In this document: one piece after another, positions 58,205-64,000 of the stretch | Layout: every line of letters begins with the position of its first letter | How positions within the stretch are numbered: position 1 is the first letter of the stretch | From: Planctomycetota bacterium | GTDB taxonomy: Bacteria; Planctomycetota; UBA8108; SXIK01 | DNA length: 64,000 nt | Assembly: GCA_965223265.1 (NCBI GenBank) | Contig: OZ244999.1 | Coordinates: forward strand, 5,472,001-5,536,000 | Reading direction: 5' to 3' | Notes under the pieces: model-generated | What the model saw: only the letters and a program-made list of their open reading frames with translations | The model's database searches: none | Told to the model about the DNA's origin: nothing | Program-made: the position numbers and the translations under genes

Positions 58205-58873
58205 TTCCTCCGCGCCAGGCGAACTGAACAATGTAGCTATTGAATGGATAATCTACGCTGGGCAGAAAGGGGAACGTCTCTCCTGCCGCAACCTTTGCAC
58301 CGGCTGAGCGACGCTCAATCATCGTGGACGAATCCACGAGGACACATTCGAGTTTACCGCTTGACTTCGCTGGGCGGAATCCCTGCTCTGGGAATGTTGC
58401 TGTGGAGTTTGGCATGATTCTCGAAGGGAACAACACAAACTCGCGATTGACGCGATTCCAAGTTCACGAAGTTGTCAAGATCGTCTTTGTTTCGTGCGTT
58501 TTTACGCTAGCAAAACACTCTGGAAGGCCAGAGAAAAAAATCGAATCGTCGCCCCCTTGACAGCTCGCAAAGACACCCCAATACTTGAGTCCGCACCTCG
58601 ATTGATTGCGTCCTGCACTCGATCGCAACTCCCACACAAACACCTGCTCCCCACCTAATTCGCACTGCTGACGCAGTTCGCGATACTTTTCCCAAACGCC
58701 CCCAAGAGTTTTCCTTCCGTCCTGCAGATCGAATCTCAGCCGGAATGGGCAGTTCGTTCGCTTCGACACACGAAGTCGCTCGCTTGGCGCGAAAGGATCT
58801 GTCTGTCCGCCTGTGCATTTCGTCTGCAGATTTGCTCTCTTTCCGTAGGTCGCTTCTTTCAAAGGAGATCACA

Positions 58874-59041
58874 ATGAAGAAGCTTCTCAAAAAGTTCGCT
58901 CGCGACGACAAGGGTCTCGAGACTGTCGAATACGCCATCATCCTGGGCCTCATCGTTGCTGGCACGATCGCCATCATCGTCGCCATCGGCAACTGGGTGA
59001 ACACTCAGTTCTCGAACACGCAGACGGAGCTCATGGCGTAG
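58874..59041 (+). CDS. flp: Flp family type IVb pilin
   Basis: F.RDDKG|LETVEYAII Flp motif; AAGGAG RBS. Confidence 0.93.
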   Translation: MKKLLKKFARDDKGLETVEYAIILGLIVAGTIAIIVAIGNWVNTQFSNTQTELMA

Positions 59042-59045
59042 TCCA

Positions 59046-59606
59046 TTGGAAACCAGTGTCATTGACACACTGCAGCTTCAGTGGGGCGTCGCAATCGGCG
59101 CCTCACTGATTGCCGCAGTTACCGACCTGATCTCCCGGCGGATCCCGAACGTCCTGACGTTCACGGTTCTCGCCGTCGGCCTGGTGTTCGCATTCGCGAC
59201 TCAGGGCTTTCTGGGCCTTGGCAACGCCTTCGCCGCCTGCCTCATTCTCGCCTTCCCGTTCGTCGTTCTCTTCGCCTTCGCCGGAGGCGGGGCAGGCGAC
59301 GCGAAGCTCATGGGAGCGGTGGGAGCATGGCTTGGTGTCACACACGGTGTGATTGCTCTTGCCACGGTCTGCATCACCGGCATCTTTCTTGCTATCTTCT
59401 TCGCGCTGCGGAGCAGCCGTCTCAAGGACGCTCTCCAACGCGTCTCAGACATCCTCAAAGGATTCTTTTTCGTTCTCGCCTCGCGCAGTCGCCTGAGCGA
59501 CCTGAAAACCTTCGTTCCCGAGACTACAGAAATGCAAAAGATCCCGTACGGGATCTCCATCTTTCTCGGAGTCACCCTCGCAGCAGTTGGGACATTCGCA
59601 TGGTAA
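59046..59606 (+). CDS. cpaA: A24 prepilin peptidase (CpaA/TadV)
   Basis: TDL.SRRIPN, GAGDAKL and IPYG; start could be TTG 59046 or slightly downstream. Confidence 0.92.
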   Translation: METSVIDTLQLQWGVAIGASLIAAVTDLISRRIPNVLTFTVLAVGLVFAFATQGFLGLGNAFAACLILAFPFVVLFAFAGGGAGDAKLMGAVGAWLGVTHGVIALATVCITGIFLAIFFALRSSRLKDALQRVSDILKGFFFVLASRSRLSDLKTFVPETTEMQKIPYGISIFLGVTLAAVGTFAW

Positions 59607-60004
59607 GAAATCATAAGACTCATCGCGGACGTGGCCTCGCGCTCACCGAGATGGCGCTGGTGCTTCCTCTCCTACTCTGGCTGACGCTCGGCGCCATCGA
59701 GTACGGCTGGATTTTTCTGAAGATGCAGCAAGTCACAGGTGCATCGAGGGAAGGCGCCCGCGTCGGCGCTACTCCTGACGCCGTCGGCGCTGACGTAACC
59801 AACGCAGTAAACGATGTCATGACCGCCGCAAACATTAGCGGCCACTCGACGACGGTCGCCCCAGGCGTTGGGATCGCGACGGGCGCGACCCTGACCGTGA
59901 CAGTTACTGTGCCGTACACCAACGTCCAGCTGATCGCGACTCCTTTCCTTCCGACTCCGACAAATCTCACCGCCTCAACGAGCATGGCCAAAGAGGGACC
60001 GTAA
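59600..60004 (+). CDS. tadE: TadE-like pseudopilin
   Basis: RG|LALTEMALVLP...G.IEYG...ASREGAR; ATG overlaps the end of cpaA. Confidence 0.9.
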   Translation: MVRNHKTHRGRGLALTEMALVLPLLLWLTLGAIEYGWIFLKMQQVTGASREGARVGATPDAVGADVTNAVNDVMTAANISGHSTTVAPGVGIATGATLTVTVTVPYTNVQLIATPFLPTPTNLTASTSMAKEGP

Positions 60005-60160
60005 CCTCCCTCCCTTTCCCCTTCGCCCCCCAATGCCATGCCTGGGCGAAATCCGCCCGCCTCGCCTTCGAAGAAATTCCCCTTCTCCCCACTGTTTCTT
60101 TCGGTCCATCCCTCCGCCGTGCTACCGCTCGGTGCCAACTTTCGTTAGGAGACCTTACTC

Positions 60161-61165
60161 ATGAAGTGGCCTGTCATCGCCCTCGTCGCTGTGGGTATCA
60201 TTGCAGCGGTCTCGGCCTCCGCCGTCGTTGCCACGTTCGGATCGTCGAAAGCTACCGCGCCGACGAAATTTCAAATTGTCGTCGCCGCGAGCGATCTCCC
60301 AGCCATGACGGTCGTCAAAGCCGACATGCTGACGACTAAGACCGTGCTCAGCACGGAAGCTCCTGAGAAGTTCCTGACCAATCCGGTGCAGGCCGTCGGT
60401 CGAGTCCTCTCGATCCCGGTGACAAAGGGCCAGGCAGTCACCCACGGGACGTTCTCCGCCGAAGGCTCCGGAATCCAGCTCGCCTCAGCGCTTGAGGATG
60501 GGATGCGAGCGGTCAGCGTCTCGCTCATGGACTACTCGGGCCTCTACGGTCTCCTCTACCCGGGAAGCGTCGTCGACGTCATGGCCTATCTGAAAGTTCG
60601 AGGCAAAGAACAGGATTCCGCCTCTGTAACGATCATGAAAGCTGTCCAGGTGTTGGGCGTTGAGGACCAAACCGTCGTCTCTGCCAACAAAGGCGAAGAT
60701 CCAAAGAGCCCTGAAGGATCTCGTGGTGGCAGCAAGCGCTGGATGATCACGCTCATGGTCACTCCGAAGCAGGCACAGGCATTGCAACTGGCTATGGAAA
60801 ACGGCCGGATCTCTCTCGCCATGCGAAACCCTCTCGACACTAACTCCGGAGAAGAAGCCAAGAGCACCTACCTCAGCGACATCCTTCACGAAGCCACGAA
60901 GGGACGCCGCGGAGGTTGGAACTTGGGGAAACTCTTCACGCGCTGGGGACCGACCGACGCGGACGCTCTCCACAATTCGCGACGCGCAGTCGGTTCGACG
61001 GCCGCCGTTCAGGCTCGTTACGCGCGCGGTCAGACTCGCCGGGCAGGTAACGCTGCATTCCACGGCAAGACCTGGGAAGTCGAAGTCCTGCGTGGTGGAG
61101 ACTCCGAGAAAGTCTACTTCCCGGTCAAAGAGCCGCAGGCAAAAACCTCGAAAGAAGTCCACTAA
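60161..61165 (+). CDS. cpaB: Flp pilus assembly protein CpaB/RcpC
   Basis: SAF domain VVAASDLP, GMRAVSV, PG..VDV, TL.VTP.QA and LAMRNP.D. Confidence 0.93.
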   Translation: MKWPVIALVAVGIIAAVSASAVVATFGSSKATAPTKFQIVVAASDLPAMTVVKADMLTTKTVLSTEAPEKFLTNPVQAVGRVLSIPVTKGQAVTHGTFSAEGSGIQLASALEDGMRAVSVSLMDYSGLYGLLYPGSVVDVMAYLKVRGKEQDSASVTIMKAVQVLGVEDQTVVSANKGEDPKSPEGSRGGSKRWMITLMVTPKQAQALQLAMENGRISLAMRNPLDTNSGEEAKSTYLSDILHEATKGRRGGWNLGKLFTRWGPTDADALHNSRRAVGSTAAVQARYARGQTRRAGNAAFHGKTWEVEVLRGGDSEKVYFPVKEPQAKTSKEVH

Positions 61166-61203
61166 GAGAAATCACCGAACGGAGCCAAATCGTGAGACGT
61201 ACG

Positions 61204-62691
61204 ATGTTCAAATCACACCTTCACCTGACAACACTTCTGCTCTTCGCAGCCGTCACCCCCTGCGCGATGGCACAGGCCGACGGGTCGGCGCCAAGCACAC
61301 TCAATCTTCGCACCGGCGGTTCGCAGATCTTCAAGACGCCGTGGCAAGTCAAGCGCGTCTCGATTACTCAGCCCAACATCGCGGCGGTCAAGGTCCTCGA
61401 TCCAGGCAGCATCCTCGTCTCGGGGACAGCCGTCGGCTCGACTGACCTGTTTCTCTGGAACGAGGATGAAGAGAGTCTTCAGATCCAGGTCAACGTTACG
61501 GCTGATCTTCGCGAACTGAAGAAGACGCTTGGTCAACTCTTCCCCGGGTCCCAACTCGAAGTCTCTCAGTCCGGGGAGGTCGTGATCGTTCGCGGAACTC
61601 TTGCACGTGCTCACGATGCCAAGCAGCTTCCTACGTTCTTGGAGACTTCCGGTCTCAAATTTGTGGACCAAACATCTGTGGCCGGCGTCCAGCAGGTTCA
61701 GATTCAGGTGCGCGTCGCTGAGGCAAGCCGCACGGCGATCAAAGCACTAGGAGTCAACGCGTTTCAGGTTGGCGAAGACGCGTTCGGCGCCACTCAGATT
61801 GGCCCCTCCGCTGGCGGCCCCCTCAACCCGATCGACATCGGCGTCCCAGGTGGCTCGCTCGCCCGCCCCGACCTTCCTTTCTTCTTTCCGAGTGACGTCA
61901 CGACCGCTTCCGGCGTGACCATCTTCGGCGGACTCGTCGACGAAAACCTGATGGCGTTTGTCCAGGCGCTGGCCGAGAACCAGTACCTGCGCATTCTCGC
62001 CGAGCCGACCTTGGTTGCTCTCAGCGGCGAGCCGGCCAGCTTCCTCGCTGGCGGTGAGTTTCCGATTCCTGTCGTCCAAGGCGGCTCGGGTGGTGGATCG
62101 ACGTCGATCCAGATCATTTACAAGGAGTTCGGCGTTCGCCTCAACTTCATGCCGACCGTTCTCGGCGAAGGACTGATTCGCTTGCGCGTCGAGCCCGAGG
62201 TCAGTGAGCTCACGGACACTGGTGCCGTCGAAATCGAGGGTTTCCGCGTTCCTGGTATCGTCACCCGTCGTGCCAAGACGACACTCGAATTGAAGAGTGG
62301 CGAGACATTCGCCATGGCCGGACTTCTCAACAGCCGCCGCGAAGCACGCAACTCCAGCCTGCCGATCCTCGGCGACATCCCGATCCTCGGCGCGCTCTTC
62401 CGCTCCGTCCGCTACACACGCGGCGAGACCGAACTCGTGGTCATGGTCACAGCGTCACTCGTCACGCCGATGTCCCCGTCGGACGCTCCTCCACTTCCAG
62501 GAACTCTCGAACAACCAGAGAACGACTGGGAGATTTTTGTTGAGGCCGACTTTGACGGCACCATTCCTGTCGTCGCTTCGAAGTCCAGTCCGTCCAGTCT
62601 GAAGCGCCTCGGTCTCGACCGTCTCCGCGGTCCCGGCGCGTGGGCGACACATGACAACGACGCCTCTCATTCCGTCGGTCGCGAAGACTAG
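61204..62691 (+). CDS. cpaC: Flp pilus secretin CpaC/RcpA
   Basis: QV...VRVAE, LAEPTL.ALSGE.ASFLAGGEFPIP, KEFGVRL.F.P and LGDIPILGALFRS. Confidence 0.95.
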   Translation: MFKSHLHLTTLLLFAAVTPCAMAQADGSAPSTLNLRTGGSQIFKTPWQVKRVSITQPNIAAVKVLDPGSILVSGTAVGSTDLFLWNEDEESLQIQVNVTADLRELKKTLGQLFPGSQLEVSQSGEVVIVRGTLARAHDAKQLPTFLETSGLKFVDQTSVAGVQQVQIQVRVAEASRTAIKALGVNAFQVGEDAFGATQIGPSAGGPLNPIDIGVPGGSLARPDLPFFFPSDVTTASGVTIFGGLVDENLMAFVQALAENQYLRILAEPTLVALSGEPASFLAGGEFPIPVVQGGSGGGSTSIQIIYKEFGVRLNFMPTVLGEGLIRLRVEPEVSELTDTGAVEIEGFRVPGIVTRRAKTTLELKSGETFAMAGLLNSRREARNSSLPILGDIPILGALFRSVRYTRGETELVVMVTASLVTPMSPSDAPPLPGTLEQPENDWEIFVEADFDGTIPVVASKSSPSSLKRLGLDRLRGPGAWATHDNDASHSVGRED

Positions 62692-62714
62692 TTCCTGAGG
62701 AGGCACACAGCCCC

Positions 62715-63854
62715 ATGTCGAAGAACCAGTTCGTCCTCGTCACAAACGACACCAGCGTTCAAAGTTCTGTCGAATCAGTCATTGGCAAGCACCCGAGACA
62801 TCAAATGTCACATGTCTGCCAAGGACTCGACGAACTCCTGCAGCGCCTTGACAACGGATCTGTGAACGCGGCCTTCGTCGACATCGATCCGCAGCCAGAG
62901 GAAATGATGGCTGCGCTCGACAAGATCGTTCCGAAGTTCTCCGCGACCAAGTTCGTCGTCCTCTCGAGTGCACTCAACGACGACCTCGTGATCCAAGCGA
63001 TGCAGGTTGGCGCTCGAAACTTCATTCGCAAAGATTCCATCGCGACGAAGATCGAGAATGTACTCGACCGACTGGTGCCCGAGGATTCGAACCCTGCAGC
63101 CGGCCGTTTGACGACAGTCATGTCAGTAAGCGGCGGCTGCGGTTCGACGACGGTGGCCGTGAACCTCGCTCACGAATTAGAGACTGCGACCGAAGAACCG
63201 GTCTTGCTGGTCGACCTTGACGGTATGTACGGAGCAGTCGCAGGATACCTTGACCTGAGCGGGCGCTATAGCGTCACCGACGTGCTTTCAAGCACGAACG
63301 GAGTCGACCCGGAACTCGTGCGTTCCACCGCGCTACACTACTCGGATCACCTGGACGTCCTGATTAGCCCGGCAAGCGTCAATCTCGTCGAGCCTGAGGC
63401 GATCGATTTCTCGAAGCTGGAGCCGACCCTGACGAGCTTTCGGGAGGCGTACAGCCATACTGTGATCGACGCACCGCGCGTCTCGTTGGACACGGCCACA
63501 ACACTGTCTGAGGCGAGCACCTTGACTTACATCGTCTTTCAGTTGTCGGTCAAAGACGTGCGCCTGGCGAGCACTCTCTGCACTGCACTCGTCGACCGTG
63601 GTATTGCGAGTGATCGCATCGTAGGGATCGCCAATCGATTCCGGCGACGACATCACATGGTCAACTTGACGGAGGCACGCTCGGCGCTTCGCGGCATCCG
63701 TGTCGAGCCGATCAGCAACGACTTCCGGGCATCCAGCTTGGCCATCAACTATGGACAACCGCTTGCGAAGGTGGCCCCAAAGTCACCTCTGCGACGTGAT
63801 CTCGAAAAACAGAGCTTACAACTCGCGGGAACGGATCACCAACTCACCCGTTGA
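62715..63854 (+). CDS. cpaE: CpaE/TadZ (atypical receiver + MinD-like ATPase)
   Basis: Receiver-like N-terminus (AMQVGAR.F); GGCGSTT.AVNLA, LLVDLD and AIN.G.P. Confidence 0.9.
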   Translation: MSKNQFVLVTNDTSVQSSVESVIGKHPRHQMSHVCQGLDELLQRLDNGSVNAAFVDIDPQPEEMMAALDKIVPKFSATKFVVLSSALNDDLVIQAMQVGARNFIRKDSIATKIENVLDRLVPEDSNPAAGRLTTVMSVSGGCGSTTVAVNLAHELETATEEPVLLVDLDGMYGAVAGYLDLSGRYSVTDVLSSTNGVDPELVRSTALHYSDHLDVLISPASVNLVEPEAIDFSKLEPTLTSFREAYSHTVIDAPRVSLDTATTLSEASTLTYIVFQLSVKDVRLASTLCTALVDRGIASDRIVGIANRFRRRHHMVNLTEARSALRGIRVEPISNDFRASSLAINYGQPLAKVAPKSPLRRDLEKQSLQLAGTDHQLTR

Positions 63855-63905
63855 GCCTCCACGACGCGAAGGTCGCAACTAACTTAGAAGAAGCAGAACC
63901 TGACA

Positions 63906-64000
63906 ATGAAAGACCAGACGGATAGACCCAACCAGTCCGGCGAAGACATCAAAACCACAGTCCACCGTCGCCTCTTGGAGACGATTGATCTCGCCGAGGC
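63906..64000 (+). CDS. cpaF: CpaF/TadA ATPase, 5' fragment running off the window
   Basis: IKTTVHRRLLETIDL is a typical CpaF N-terminus and it follows cpaE; only 31 codons are visible. Confidence 0.7.
   Translation, partial: MKDQTDRPNQSGEDIKTTVHRRLLETIDLAE

Noticed and set aside
58410-58425. Sigma54 promoter-like TGGCATGATTCTCGAA upstream of flp
   Set aside because: The -12 element lacks the conserved GC and it lies about 450 bp from flp; too weak to call
58205-58873. Riboswitch or small ORFs in the tadG-flp intergenic region
   Set aside because: No c-di-GMP or other aptamer consensus recognised; the ORFs there lack protein-like composition
1-64000. tRNA/rRNA genes
   Set aside because: No cloverleaf with a T-arm consensus or rRNA conserved blocks noticed by eye; tRNAscan-SE/Infernal would be needed to exclude them formally

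Overview
GC-rich bacterial DNA, very likely from a planctomycete: it carries planctomycete cytochrome c/DUF1549/DUF1553, two DUF1501 genes, DUF1080, a PVC-type heme dehydrogenase and a lamin-tail/CotH/dockerin protein. The first 30 kb are mostly catabolic and periplasmic genes, interrupted by REP-like palindromes, hexamer arrays and a 159-bp MITE. The accessory-looking half holds four main items. (i) A four-helix-bundle gene boxed by two in-register hexamer arrays and a 79-nt hairpin (30390-31412). (ii) A six-gene secreted-protein operon with three CsgG/TolB-N-like proteins (31465-39915). (iii) A complete 4065-bp TG...CA transposon with a 6-bp AATAAG target duplication, encoding a Mu-like DDE transposase, an ExeA-like AAA ATPase and three accessory genes including two Zn-finger proteins, inserted between two ybjQ-family genes (45823-49887). 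(iv) A stand-alone Y1/HUH transposase followed by an array of AACCTCGGAC motifs (50808-52289). The window ends in a Tad/Flp pilus locus that runs off the right edge. No rRNA, tRNA or CRISPR array was recognised. Family assignments come from motif recognition by eye, not from database searches.
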